Virus record (IMG/VR): IMGVR_UViG_3300029451_000002
Coordinates: 1 to 64,000 of that record
Origin: a virus
DNA length: 64,000 nt
Reading direction: 5' to 3' (one strand)
Shown: positions 17,801 through 28,195 of the stretch, in pieces
Layout: each line of letters starts with the position of its first letter
How positions within the stretch are numbered: position 1 is the stretch's first letter
The notes under the pieces: model-generated
What the model saw: only the letters and a program-made list of their open reading frames with translations
Told to the model about the DNA's origin: nothing
The model's database searches: none
Made by a program: the position numbers and the translations under genes

Positions 17801-18205
17801 ATGGCAACAAAGGTAATTATACAAGTAGAAAAGTGTAAAGAAGAAAAGAATTTTTCTTGCTATATGGTGGATAAATTTCCAGACTTCCATCTAGTCGGAT
17901 TTGGCAACTCTGCAAAACAAGCGATGGATGATATTTTTGTAGCAAAGGAAGAGATTAAAGAGCTTCTTGAAGAAGAGGGAAAGCAAATGCCTGAATTGGT
18001 GTTTGAGTTCCGGTATGATATAGGTTCTTTCTTCGATTATTTTTCATATCTGAATATAAATGGTGTCGCAAAGAAAGCTGGCATTAATGCTTCTCTGATG
18101 CGTCAGTATGCAATGGGAATCCATGAGCCTAGCAAAAAACGTAAGCAGCAAATTCTTGATTGCTTACATGGAATTTCAAAAGAATTACAGGCTGTCGTGA
18201 TTTGA
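17801..18205 (+). CDS. hicB: HicB-family antitoxin (RNase H-like N-terminal domain plus C-terminal HTH)
   Basis: CYMVDKFPDFHLVGFGNSAKQAMDDIFVAKEEI resembles the HicB N-terminus; C-terminal GVAKKAGINASLMRQYAMG HTH; immediately downstream of hicA. Confidence 0.7.
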   Translation: MATKVIIQVEKCKEEKNFSCYMVDKFPDFHLVGFGNSAKQAMDDIFVAKEEIKELLEEEGKQMPELVFEFRYDIGSFFDYFSYLNINGVAKKAGINASLMRQYAMGIHEPSKKRKQQILDCLHGISKELQAVVI

Positions 18206-18242
18206 CGGTCTTTATATATAGAAGAAAAATAAGTAAACAACC

Positions 18243-18283
18243 GAGCCTTCTGCATGTGAATGTGGAAGGCTTTTTTGTATCTA
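18243..18283 (+). terminator. Rho-independent terminator after hicB
   Basis: agccttc-tgcatgtgaatgtg-gaaggct followed by tttttt. Confidence 0.6.
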
Positions 18284-18383
18284 GACATTATTCTTTGCAC
18301 TTAAATCTTTTGTGAAATAGCATACCTTAATTCTTTCGTTATTTCTTTGATTATTAGCTAATTTTGCCAATAAAACATAAAAT

Positions 18384-21300
18384 ATGGCAGAATTAAGATT
18401 CGATGTCAAAGCGAATTTCGAGGAGGTTACGAAACTTCGTTCCGAGTGTGAAAAGTTGAGGGCTGAGTTGTTGAAGACCAATAAGTCAACCGACCCAGCT
18501 ATTGTTGCGGATTTGACGGAAAAATATGCGGATGCTAGCAATCGCTTAAAGGATTTAACGCAAGCAGCTTCAAGAGCCGCTTACGTGATGTCTTCTGAGT
18601 TTAATAAGAAGATGCAAGCAGCCGCAAGGGAAGTTTATAGCTATGAACTTCAAATGCAAGCTACCAAAGACCGAATAGAGAAAATCCAACAGCAAATCAC
18701 GAATAAGAGATTAACTCTAGGAGTTACAACGGATAAGTCATCCATAGATTCTTTACAGAAGAATATTGACTATTTAAAAGGCTCTTTGGCAGGTCAAACA
18801 GCTCAGTTGAAGAACTTAGAAGGAGGTGCTGTCGGTGCTCGTCAGACCTTGGAGAATATGCGAAATGAGTATGTTTTGTATGCAGGTTCAGCAAATCCGG
18901 CAAAAGAGGCAACAAATATGTTGACCGATAGCATGAGCCAAATGATAGAACGTATGAAGTCCGCTCCAACTGCCGGAGAGGGTGTGTCTAGCTTGTTCCA
19001 AAGAGTTACTGGCGATGCTCACATGCTTTCGGCAACATTACTTGGTGGTTTAGGATTTGAACAATTAACACGTAGCGTTTTTAATACTCGTTCCCAATTC
19101 CAACAACTTGAAATATCTTTCAATACCATGCTTGGTAGTGCGGATAAGTCCAAACAATTGATGGACGAACTTATCCAAACAGCAGCTCATACACCTTTCG
19201 ATATGTCCAGCATTACGGGTGGCGCAAAACAACTTTTAGCATACGGTACGGAAGCGAAAGATGTTAACAAAACCCTTGTCCAGCTTGGTGACATTGCTTC
19301 GGGCTTGAATATTCCGCTTGGAGACCTTGTTTATCTTTATGGAACGACCGTCTCGCAAGGAAGAATGTTTACAATGGACTTGCGTCAGTTCATGGGCAGA
19401 GGTGTCCCATTAGCAGAAGAATTGGGTAAAATCTTACACCAAAACACAACGGAGGTTCAAGAGTCTGTTTCCAAGGGTAAAGTGACATCAGACATCTTCA
19501 AAGAAGCTATCGCCAACATGACGCAAGCAGGTGGACGCTTCGGAGGCTTGATGGAACAACAATCAAAGACATTGGAGGGTCAGTGGAGTAACATTGGCGA
19601 TTCCATCCAGCAAGCGTTCAATGAAATCGGCAAAAAATCCGAGGGCGTGTTCTCTAGTGGATTGTCAATTATTTCTGCTATGGTAGAGAATTGGCAAGAG
19701 GTAATAAAAGTTATTGGTGTAGCTACAATAGCCGTTGGCTCTTATCGTGCATCATTAATGGCGGCTGCTTCTATTCGCAAAGCTGAGGAAGCGCAACAAG
19801 CCGATGATATGATGAAGGGAATTGATGCAGAAATCAAGCGTTTGCAAGACCTAGAGAACTCAAACTACAAGTCGCTGGGTAAGGACAAAAAGCAAGAGCG
19901 AGTAAGCAAACAACAAGACTTGGCAAGTATTGTTGGAGATACTGCTGTGTCCGATGATTTTGTAAAGGCAAGATTAGATGCAGCAGAGCAAGAGGGCATT
20001 ATTACGGAACAAATGCGTTCTCAATTAGAGATGAAACGTGAACTCTTGCAGGCTCAGCAACAAGCAACAGCACAAAGCCAGATAGAACTTGATGAAGAAA
20101 AGAGGAAGACCGAGGAACTTCGTCAACAAAAAATAGAGTCTCTTAAAGATGATTTGAAGACTACTACGGAGAAAATATCAAATCTTGATGATAGGGATGT
20201 AGAGTTGGCTAGACAATATACATCAGCCTTGAATGATTTGCAAGATGCCCAAGATGCCTTTGCTGAGGCTCAAAAATTGGTTGAGGAAACCGCTGATGGT
20301 GCAAACTTGGCTTTTGACTCCGAGGGTAATGCCGTGAACGCACTAGAAGCAAAGGAACGTTTAGCAACCGCTGCGAAGAAAGTGAATATTGCTCAAACAA
20401 ATGTTTCAACAATTGCAAGTCAGCAAAGAGGAGCTGCGCTTATTCGTGAGCAATTACAAGAGAGACAAGCAACACTACAAACGCAGTTGAATTCTGTTAG
20501 TCAAGCTACCAATACGACTACGAAAAAGGCTAGTACTTTAGCTACGGCTGCTTCAACTGTAAAAAATGCCATCCATACCGCAAGTGTTAAAATAATGACA
20601 ACTGCTGAATTAATGCTTAGTAATGCGGTAAAATCTACAACTATGGCTTTAAAGGGAATGTGGGCTGCTATGCTCGCAAATCCGATTACTGGTATTATAA
20701 CATTGGTAACAACGCTTGCTAGTGCCGTTGCTATGTTCGGAGGTGAAGAGGAAGATATTTCTGTTGACACTAAGCATTTTGGAGATTCTGCTGAAAACAC
20801 AAGGGCGAAAGTTGATGGTTTGCTTAACGTAATGAAGTCTTCTAAGGAAGGAACTGATGCTTACAACAAAGCTAAAGAAGAACTTATCCAAACCTACGAG
20901 CAGTTTGGGATTAAGTGTGATGCCGAAAAGGATAATTTAACAACACTTAAAGGCAAGCATGATGAATTTCTTGCAACTTTACAATTGGAGAATGCTGAAA
21001 GAGAAAAGGCTAATGCTTTAATGTCTGCCACTTCCCAATACACAGAAGCAAGAAACAAAGAAGATGACAATTTTAGCAAAGACTTATCCGGTCATTGGTA
21101 TCAAGGTGGGCAACATGTAGATAAGGAAGATATAACATCAATACAAATGATGTATAATTCCATAGCAACAGATGAGGTTTTAGATAGGTTGGCTAAGTTG
21201 AAGCAAAGAGTAGATGATAGCACATTGTCTTACAAGGAGCATATAGATGCTTTTAATATTTACACAAATGCAGTTAAAAAGACATTTGCGCCTATTGATG

Positions 21301-24300
21301 CGTTCTTAGAAAAACAACATTACAATATAGCGACTATAGAGAATACTGACCATTCGATATTGGAGCATACGAGTAATCTTGCAAAATTAAAGACAAGTTA
21401 TAAAAACGCAGAGGATGCGATAATGAAGGCGGCTGCTGAAAATGTAGATTGGAATAATACACAGGCTAGGTCACAATGGGTAGCTCAGCAAAATAAACAA
21501 AGCATAGATGCCTTAACTTCCTCAACAGACCAGCTTATTTCTATATGGAATCAGGAATATGGATTAAATTTAAAAATCCATTATGATGATACAGAAATTC
21601 CAAGTTGGATGAAATCTTTAACGGATAAACAGTTGCAATCTTTGATTAATAGACGTAAGGCAGATTTAAATAGGCAAGAGCAATACCGAACAAATCATAA
21701 AGGAAGTAAATTGCTGACAAAGCAAGGAAATCAGCTAAGAGACGAAAATGCCAATAGGCTTGATGTTGCTATGGCTGGTTCTATTCTGAAAGATAGAGAG
21801 GCGAAAAGAAAAGCCGATGCAAATAAGCCGAAGGAAACGACAAAGAAAACTACACCAAAGAAAACAGGTGCAACGGATAACCCACAAGCAAGAGCGTATG
21901 AACGCAAGAAGGCTGAGGAGGACTATTTCAAGTCTATTTCATCCTATTCGGAGAAAGCTATCCAAGACATGACCAAGAACCGCATCAATGCGATGAATGA
22001 GGGTTATAACAAGGAGTTGGCTCAGATAACCGAGAATGCCGACAAGGAGAGAAAGGCGGTAGAAGAAGGTATAGACAAATTGGTTGAGGCTAGAAAAAAA
22101 CGTGACCAAGCTGTTTGGGTTAATTCCGGCAAGGGTCGTAAGGCTAATATGTGGAAACAGAGCAAAACCGATGAAGAGTATAAGAATGAGGTTTTGAATG
22201 AAACCATGAAGGATAGCAAGGGTAATCCGGTTAAGGTCAATGGCATGAATATGACCATAGGCATGAGCGTTGCTAATCAGATGAATGCAATTCGGGATAA
22301 GGCGGTAAAGCAGAATGAGGATGTACTTGCTAAAGAAGCGCAAAGCATGTACGATTATCTGAAGACTTATGGCACATTCCAGGAGCAGAAGTTAGCTATT
22401 GCTGCCGATTATGCTAAGAGGATTAGCGAGGTAGAAAACTCTACGGATTCGGACTCAAGCAAGCAATGGAAGATAAAGTCTTTGAAAGAAGAGCAGAAGA
22501 AAGAGGCGGATTCGGTTGAGGCTAGTGCTATTATGCAGAAGATAGACTGGTATCAAGTCTTCGGAAATGTTGGGGGCATTATGAAGGATGCGCTTGTTCC
22601 TTTATTAGCAGATCTGGATAAGTTCGTAGGTACGGATAAGTTCCAAAATTTGGGAGCAGACCAGCAGAAGAATATCGTTGATGCTATGCAGAATATCCGT
22701 AATTCGATTGGTAATACAAGTGATTTAGGTTGGAAAGACCTTGCAAGGGACGTTGTAGCTTATCAAGAGGCTCTGAAGAATGCGAAAATTGCTCAAGATG
22801 AATATACGGAAACGGAAACCAAGCTTATACCTCGCATTAAGGATTTACAAAATCAGATAGCGAATGCGAAAAAGTCGGGTAATGTTGCTGAGCAAACAAG
22901 GCTACAAGAAGACTTGAATAAAGTTCAAGGCCAGTTAGCGGAGTCCGGAAAGAAGATTGTTACGGCTAACACAAAAGTTCGTACTAGTGGTCAGAAGTTG
23001 GCTCTAACGACACAGAATGTGACGCAACCGATTTCCGCTATCCATGAGTTCCTTTCAAATTCCGGATTATCTGATTTGGAAGCTCTTTGGGATAGTTTCG
23101 ATCAACTTAAAGGTGGAATTGACGGATTGAAAGCTTTGAGTGAGGCTAAGAAAGCGGCAGATGGTCTGAAGGATATGGGCAAGGAAGCCGCAGATGCAGC
23201 CGCAGATGCTGGAAAGGATGCAGGAAAAGCTCTAAGCGAAGGATTATCACAAGCTGGATTTATAGGTCAAATCGTATCTGCCATCTTGAAGATACTTGAT
23301 GTTTTGAAAGATGGTATTGGAACTTTGATTAGCAACCTTCTTGACACTGTTTTTAATGCTATAAGTGGAATCTTGAAGAATATCCTAAGTGGTGATTTTA
23401 TTACACAGATAGGAGGGTCTTTGATAAGCGGTATTGGTAATATTCTCAATACAATATCGTTTGGTGGCTTCAATAGTTTGTTTGGAGTTGGTGGAAACGC
23501 AAAAGAAGTAAACCAGACTATAGACAAATTGACGGATAGAAATGAAATCTTGACGGATGCTATAGACAAGTTACGAGACTCCATAGACAAGAATAGTGGT
23601 ATTAAAGCCGTAGAGGATGCGCAAAAAGCCGAAAACCTTCAAAAGGAGAAAGAGCAAAATCTAAAGAGTATCATGGAGGCGCAAATGGGTTATCATGGCT
23701 CTCATCACAGTTTTAACGCTTATTTTCGAGGATTTTCGCAAGAGCAAATCAAAAAGGTGTCCGATGCAATAGGCAGACAATGGAATGGTAATCTTAACGA
23801 CTTGCAATCTGCTGATGAAGCAGCTGCCATTTTGCAGAATCCAGATGTTGTTGAGGCTATCAAGAATACAGGTAAGGGTGGCTATGGAGATAGAGTTCTT
23901 GAAAAGTTGAAAGACTATGCGGCTGAGGCAGGAACATTAGAGGATATTGCTGATGACCTTGCAGAAAGTTTGACACAAATATCTTTCGATAGTTTGAAGA
24001 GCGAGTTCGTAGATACTTTGATGGATATGAATTCCTCTGCTCAGGACTTCTCCGATAATTTCTCCAAGATGCTTATGCAAGCTGTTCTGAAAGCGAAGGT
24101 AGATGATTTGTTGGGTAATGATATGCAAGCATTCTATGATGAGTGGACGGAACGAGCTAAGGCAAATGGCGGCAAATTGTCTAAGACGGATATAACTGCC
24201 TTGAAGGAAAAGTATGATGAAATGGTTCAAGAAGGACTGAAGATTAGAGATGAAGTAGCCGAAATTACGGGTTACAAGCAATCTTACGAGCAGTCCGCTT

Positions 24301-24659
24301 CTTCCGGTTCTTTTGAATCAATGAGTCAAGACACAGGCGATGAGTTGAATGGTCGTTTTACAGCGGTGCAGATCGCTACGGAGGGAACGTATGAGGAAAC
24401 AAAACTCATAAATACCAAGTTGGATGCTATTGCTGCTCGTGATGGTGGTACAGAGGGTAGCTTGTTGACGGCTAGCGTGAATACTATTATGGGTAATGTA
24501 GGCAATATTTGGTTAGCCGTTGATGAGGGAAGAACTATTCTTGCCCAAAGTCTGATGTACTTGCAGTCGATTGATGAGCGACAAGAGCGATGGCATAAGC
24601 CTATGTTGCAAGCATTCAATGATATACACGAATTGAAAGATAAAATGAGTAGATTGTAA
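18384..24659 (+). CDS. Tail tape measure protein (2091 aa)
   Basis: Coiled-coil-rich giant ORF; TMP core-like segment GTEAKDVNKTLVQLGDIASGLNIPLGDLVYLYGTTVSQGRMFTMDLRQFMGRGVPLAEELGK; hydrophobic segments. Confidence 0.6.
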   Translation: MAELRFDVKANFEEVTKLRSECEKLRAELLKTNKSTDPAIVADLTEKYADASNRLKDLTQAASRAAYVMSSEFNKKMQAAAREVYSYELQMQATKDRIEKIQQQITNKRLTLGVTTDKSSIDSLQKNIDYLKGSLAGQTAQLKNLEGGAVGARQTLENMRNEYVLYAGSANPAKEATNMLTDSMSQMIERMKSAPTAGEGVSSLFQRVTGDAHMLSATLLGGLGFEQLTRSVFNTRSQFQQLEISFNTMLGSADKSKQLMDELIQTAAHTPFDMSSITGGAKQLLAYGTEAKDVNKTLVQLGDIASGLNIPLGDLVYLYGTTVSQGRMFTMDLRQFMGRGVPLAEELGKILHQNTTEVQESVSKGKVTSDIFKEAIANMTQAGGRFGGLMEQQSKTLEGQWSNIGDSIQQAFNEIGKKSEGVFSSGLSIISAMVENWQEVIKVIGVATIAVGSYRASLMAAASIRKAEEAQQADDMMKGIDAEIKRLQDLENSNYKSLGKDKKQERVSKQQDLASIVGDTAVSDDFVKARLDAAEQEGIITEQMRSQLEMKRELLQAQQQATAQSQIELDEEKRKTEELRQQKIESLKDDLKTTTEKISNLDDRDVELARQYTSALNDLQDAQDAFAEAQKLVEETADGANLAFDSEGNAVNALEAKERLATAAKKVNIAQTNVSTIASQQRGAALIREQLQERQATLQTQLNSVSQATNTTTKKASTLATAASTVKNAIHTASVKIMTTAELMLSNAVKSTTMALKGMWAAMLANPITGIITLVTTLASAVAMFGGEEEDISVDTKHFGDSAENTRAKVDGLLNVMKSSKEGTDAYNKAKEELIQTYEQFGIKCDAEKDNLTTLKGKHDEFLATLQLENAEREKANALMSATSQYTEARNKEDDNFSKDLSGHWYQGGQHVDKEDITSIQMMYNSIATDEVLDRLAKLKQRVDDSTLSYKEHIDAFNIYTNAVKKTFAPIDAFLEKQHYNIATIENTDHSILEHTSNLAKLKTSYKNAEDAIMKAAAENVDWNNTQARSQWVAQQNKQSIDALTSSTDQLISIWNQEYGLNLKIHYDDTEIPSWMKSLTDKQLQSLINRRKADLNRQEQYRTNHKGSKLLTKQGNQLRDENANRLDVAMAGSILKDREAKRKADANKPKETTKKTTPKKTGATDNPQARAYERKKAEEDYFKSISSYSEKAIQDMTKNRINAMNEGYNKELAQITENADKERKAVEEGIDKLVEARKKRDQAVWVNSGKGRKANMWKQSKTDEEYKNEVLNETMKDSKGNPVKVNGMNMTIGMSVANQMNAIRDKAVKQNEDVLAKEAQSMYDYLKTYGTFQEQKLAIAADYAKRISEVENSTDSDSSKQWKIKSLKEEQKKEADSVEASAIMQKIDWYQVFGNVGGIMKDALVPLLADLDKFVGTDKFQNLGADQQKNIVDAMQNIRNSIGNTSDLGWKDLARDVVAYQEALKNAKIAQDEYTETETKLIPRIKDLQNQIANAKKSGNVAEQTRLQEDLNKVQGQLAESGKKIVTANTKVRTSGQKLALTTQNVTQPISAIHEFLSNSGLSDLEALWDSFDQLKGGIDGLKALSEAKKAADGLKDMGKEAADAAADAGKDAGKALSEGLSQAGFIGQIVSAILKILDVLKDGIGTLISNLLDTVFNAISGILKNILSGDFITQIGGSLISGIGNILNTISFGGFNSLFGVGGNAKEVNQTIDKLTDRNEILTDAIDKLRDSIDKNSGIKAVEDAQKAENLQKEKEQNLKSIMEAQMGYHGSHHSFNAYFRGFSQEQIKKVSDAIGRQWNGNLNDLQSADEAAAILQNPDVVEAIKNTGKGGYGDRVLEKLKDYAAEAGTLEDIADDLAESLTQISFDSLKSEFVDTLMDMNSSAQDFSDNFSKMLMQAVLKAKVDDLLGNDMQAFYDEWTERAKANGGKLSKTDITALKEKYDEMVQEGLKIRDEVAEITGYKQSYEQSASSGSFESMSQDTGDELNGRFTAVQIATEGTYEETKLINTKLDAIAARDGGTEGSLLTASVNTIMGNVGNIWLAVDEGRTILAQSLMYLQSIDERQERWHKPMLQAFNDIHELKDKMSRL

Positions 24660-24684
24660 ACTTAATATGTGCCATGTTAAAGTA

Positions 24685-24722
24685 AGAGGGGAATGCGTGA
24701 TGCACTCTCCTCTTTTTTTTAT
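24685..24722 (+). terminator. Terminator-like hairpin plus T-run after the tape-measure gene
   Basis: agagggg...ctcctct followed by tttttttt. Confidence 0.45.
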
Positions 24723-24837
24723 GGTGATAGTTTTTGTTTTTCACAATATAGATAAGTGTTGTTAAACTGAGTGCTAATTTTTGGTAGAGTGGAATATAAT
24801 AGTTATCTTTGTAGTCGAATTTCAAACTTATAAGGAT

Positions 24838-25734
24838 ATGAAGATATTAGAACCGAAATATGAAATCCTATCCCAAGGCGAGGGTATGGATGGAGTTTAC
24901 AAGCAGATAGAGTTGTGCGGTCGAACTTGCTATGCGTCAAGTATGAAGATAGGCAAAGACAGCGCAAAGCCTTTCGTTGAGCGTATGGTAAGCAGCAACC
25001 ATCTTGCCATGTGTGAGCATGGAACGATTTACCTCCATGTAGCCTATGAAGAAGGATTTTTTGTGCCGGAGTCTTTATTGGTCAAGCACTATCGTGAGAA
25101 CAAATATTCAAAGGTGATGCAGATAGGTAACGATTACTATATCACAACCAACTACAGAGTGATAGTTGAAAATAATTGGTTTGAGGATTTGGACTATATC
25201 TGCGAGCCTACGGAATGGCATGAGAAGCGAATAACCGTCCGCTTTACTACTCAGATTGCGGTAAGTAGAGAGGCTAACAGACATCGTGTAGATTCCGTAG
25301 CGGAACAAAGCACTAGATATTGCAACTATAGTAAGGATAAGTTCGGAGGCGAGATTGCTATCAACAAACCAAAGTGGGTTGGTGAAGATGATGCGGTTAA
25401 TCCATCGTCTTTTGATGGTGGAACATTTGTTGACCTATCAAAGAACATCGGTAGTTATGAGCATTGGAGTCCGGTAGAAAAATGGTGGTTTGCCAATAGA
25501 GTATGTGAAATGATGTATTTGTCTTTGGTTAAGGATGATGGTTTAAAGCCACAAGATGCGAGAACTGTTCTTCCTCTTGATACCAACACGGAGTTGATTC
25601 ATACCGCATTCGTGAGTGATTGGCTTCATTTCTTCGATTTGCGATCAAAAGGAACTACTGGAAAGCCTCATCCAGATATTGAGGTCTTGGCAACCCCATT
25701 GATGAATGAGTTCAAGGAACGAGGTTTGATTTAA
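24838..25734 (+). CDS. thyX: Flavin-dependent thymidylate synthase ThyX
   Basis: ThyX motif RHR-x7-S in REANRHRVDSVAEQSTRY; ATG at 24838 with a TATCTTTG box at about 24803. Confidence 0.8.
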   Translation: MKILEPKYEILSQGEGMDGVYKQIELCGRTCYASSMKIGKDSAKPFVERMVSSNHLAMCEHGTIYLHVAYEEGFFVPESLLVKHYRENKYSKVMQIGNDYYITTNYRVIVENNWFEDLDYICEPTEWHEKRITVRFTTQIAVSREANRHRVDSVAEQSTRYCNYSKDKFGGEIAINKPKWVGEDDAVNPSSFDGGTFVDLSKNIGSYEHWSPVEKWWFANRVCEMMYLSLVKDDGLKPQDARTVLPLDTNTELIHTAFVSDWLHFFDLRSKGTTGKPHPDIEVLATPLMNEFKERGLI

Positions 25735-25740
25735 TCGCTT

Positions 25741-26211
25741 ATGAAGAAGAAAGCCAAGCAAATAGCCAATGTGATGAGCAATGACTCTTTGGAGGTTGTT
25801 GCTCAGATGATTGTTGATGAGGCTAAAGGTGTGCGCTATGAAGTGTATGCTGATGGCTCTAGTAAGAACAACAAGTGTGGTTGCGGTTGGCTTGTGCTTC
25901 ATAAGGGAGCGATTATCAATAGTGGGAAATATACATTTATCACAGCCAAAGTGAACGATTCGGTGAGAGCCGAAATAAGGGCGGTCATTCAAGCATTGGG
26001 TGATTGCCCTCCTTTGTGTTCTGTTGATGTATATGTGGATTGCCAAGTGGCTATAGAGAGAATACAGGCTTGCAAGTTAGGAGACTTACAGCCTATATAT
26101 AATAAGGTAGCGAAAGGCAAGGTGATAAGATACCATTGGGTTAAGGCTCATAGAGGTAATATGTATAACGAAATGGTGGATTCTTTGGCTTTTTCTGCTA
26201 CAGAAAGTTAA
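25741..26211 (+). CDS. rnhA: Ribonuclease H (RNase HI-like)
   Basis: YADGSS..., AEIRAVIQAL, VDVYVD, HWVKAHRGNMYNEMVDSLA fit the DEDD-H catalytic pattern. Confidence 0.7.
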   Translation: MKKKAKQIANVMSNDSLEVVAQMIVDEAKGVRYEVYADGSSKNNKCGCGWLVLHKGAIINSGKYTFITAKVNDSVRAEIRAVIQALGDCPPLCSVDVYVDCQVAIERIQACKLGDLQPIYNKVAKGKVIRYHWVKAHRGNMYNEMVDSLAFSATES

Positions 26212-26269
26212 TTTTGTGCCTACATATATAATAAGCGTTAAAATATAAAAGAAATACATTAAATAATTT

Positions 26270-26347
26270 GCATGTTTCAAATATTCTTTGTATCTTTGCA
26301 TCGTAATTAAGAAACAAGGTTACTAATTTTAAAAGGTGAGACACACC
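26270..26347 (+). promoter_or_regulatory. Promoter (TATCTTTG at 26291-26298) plus conserved leader motif (26335-26347)
   Basis: Cassette copy 3. Confidence 0.6.
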
Positions 26348-26366
26348 GTAAAAACTGTGATTCGTT

Positions 26367-26588
26367 ATGAATACTAGATTGAGTAAGAAAGAGACAATGG
26401 TTTATGGCAACATCGGAGTGATGGCTGACGTAATCGGAGGTAATAAGTACTTCACTTTTGCAGATTTGTATGATTTCGATTTGGATAATACCAAGGATGA
26501 GTTGAAAGAAATATTAAACTCTTTGACCGAGAAAGGTTACTTAAAGAGTTTTAATGATTTCGATAAAACTTATCGAGTTTTGAAGTAA
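26367..26588 (+). CDS. hypothetical protein
   Basis: ATG about 20 nt after the leader motif. Confidence 0.5.
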   Translation: MNTRLSKKETMVYGNIGVMADVIGGNKYFTFADLYDFDLDNTKDELKEILNSLTEKGYLKSFNDFDKTYRVLK

Positions 26589-26753
26589 GAACACAAAGGG
26601 GATCCAAAATCCCCTTATAATATAAATTAAGAACGTGAGACACACGTAAAACTGTATTGAAAAAATGAAAAAGGTATTCACGATTGAGAATGCATTAACG
26701 CTTTTGTTTGCTCTTGAAATAGTATCATTAATATTTTTTCTAGGATAGGGCTT

Positions 26754-26972
26754 ATGCAGATTAAGTTTGGTAAGATAAAGTTTACTGCGGCTAAGTCCGA
26801 CAAAGGATGCCGCTTTGATGCTTGCTATAAAGGTGAGCATGTGGCTTTTGAGAGTGAAGATATGTCTTTGTATGATGATGTCTTTTCTGCTAATAATAGA
26901 AGAGCAAAGGCTGCAAAGAGGGTGATTTACGAGAATATAAAGCACAAGTATTATGAATATCATAGAGATTAG
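26754..26972 (+). CDS. hypothetical protein
   Basis: ATG ORF. Confidence 0.4.
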   Translation: MQIKFGKIKFTAAKSDKGCRFDACYKGEHVAFESEDMSLYDDVFSANNRRAKAAKRVIYENIKHKYYEYHRD

Positions 26973-27387
26973 CGACTTTAACGCTGCTGATGAATTTGTT
27001 GTTGAGGCAATGATGCATGATGGCAAATTCAAGGTAATAGGCAAGGTTATCACGGATAATAATCTTCTGAATGATGATGATTTGGAAACCATCTGGGATT
27101 ATGCCAACTGGGAGACGAACGGCTATGAAAAGATGGTTGTCTCTAATGGAGTGTACAAAGGCTTGAAAGCATTCAGCGATGGGCGTTTGTTCTATGTTAT
27201 CACAGATGATGAGACTGGAGTGGTAAACGACAATATCATGGTACGTAAGCATTACGATGTCAACAATGGCTATTATATTAAGTCTTCAAGGTTGCACAAG
27301 GAGCTATCCAAGGATTTGTGGTGCTTCGGTAGCCGTGAGACTATTGAGAACGAATATAAGTCTAACCCATTTATTTGTGGTAAGTGA
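26953..27387 (+). CDS. hypothetical protein
   Basis: ATG ORF. Confidence 0.45.
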   Translation: MNIIEISDFNAADEFVVEAMMHDGKFKVIGKVITDNNLLNDDDLETIWDYANWETNGYEKMVVSNGVYKGLKAFSDGRLFYVITDDETGVVNDNIMVRKHYDVNNGYYIKSSRLHKELSKDLWCFGSRETIENEYKSNPFICGK

Positions 27388-27641
27388 TGGCAAAAAAGAT
27401 TAATCATGTTAAGCCTTCATTTATTGAAGGCGGTGAAGTCTGGCATGATATTGATAAGTTCCCGATGCTAGACCATACAATTCTAGTAGAGTTGCAAGTA
27501 AAAGGCTCAGACGGATTGATTTACCGGACGCAAGATGTATGTGTTGAGCGTGCGGATAGGTTCGTACCTACGATGTCTTTTGTTCCTAAGCGTTGGGCGT
27601 ACGCAATAGACTTAGCTCAATGTAAGCAACTTGAAGGATAA
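27384..27641 (+). CDS. hypothetical protein
   Basis: ATG overlaps the upstream stop. Confidence 0.45.
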   Translation: MMAKKINHVKPSFIEGGEVWHDIDKFPMLDHTILVELQVKGSDGLIYRTQDVCVERADRFVPTMSFVPKRWAYAIDLAQCKQLEG

Positions 27642-27670
27642 AAACAAAATACAAAATTAAGAATTAGCAT

Positions 27671-28021
27671 ATGGAAGAATCAAGAGGTGTTTACACATTA
27701 CCTGTCTTGTATAATGAACAAAGTGGTAGAAATGAAGGTGTATGTGTCAGAAGTGAACTTGGAGTAGTTGTTGCAATTGACAATGAAGATGAGTTTAAAG
27801 GTGTTTTTTCAAAGGATGGTGAGGTTGATGTATTCAAGCAGTTACTATCACAAGAAGTGTATCGTTTCAACACAGAACACCATGCATTCCCAACTGAGCC
27901 TTTGATTTCTTACAAGATGGATGGCGACATTATCTTTGATTTCGTTGAAGTAACAATCGGAAAGATGTATGGCGGTTATGTTTATATCGTGCATTACAAC
28001 TTTGCAAGCACGGCATCATAA
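27671..28021 (+). CDS. hypothetical protein
   Basis: ATG ORF. Confidence 0.45.
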   Translation: MEESRGVYTLPVLYNEQSGRNEGVCVRSELGVVVAIDNEDEFKGVFSKDGEVDVFKQLLSQEVYRFNTEHHAFPTEPLISYKMDGDIIFDFVEVTIGKMYGGYVYIVHYNFASTAS

Positions 28022-28195
28022 TAAACAAGTTTGATTATGACAGTAGTAAGAGAAAGATTAAAAATTGCGGCTCAGATTGAGGTGCTGGAAGATATTGCTA
28101 TTGATTATAGGGGAAAGACTATAGATAACATAATCCAACAGCTAGAAGCGAGGTTGAGTGCATTGAAGTAAGTTCAAGTTTGAAGTTAAAAGTCA

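Noticed and set aside
18724-24619. Numerous 60-130-aa minus-strand ORFs inside the tape-measure gene (e.g. 20501..20800, 21939..22343, 23267..23590, 23937..24281, 24326..24619)
   Set aside because: They are antisense to a continuous 6.3-kb sense ORF with protein motifs. Typical shadow ORFs.
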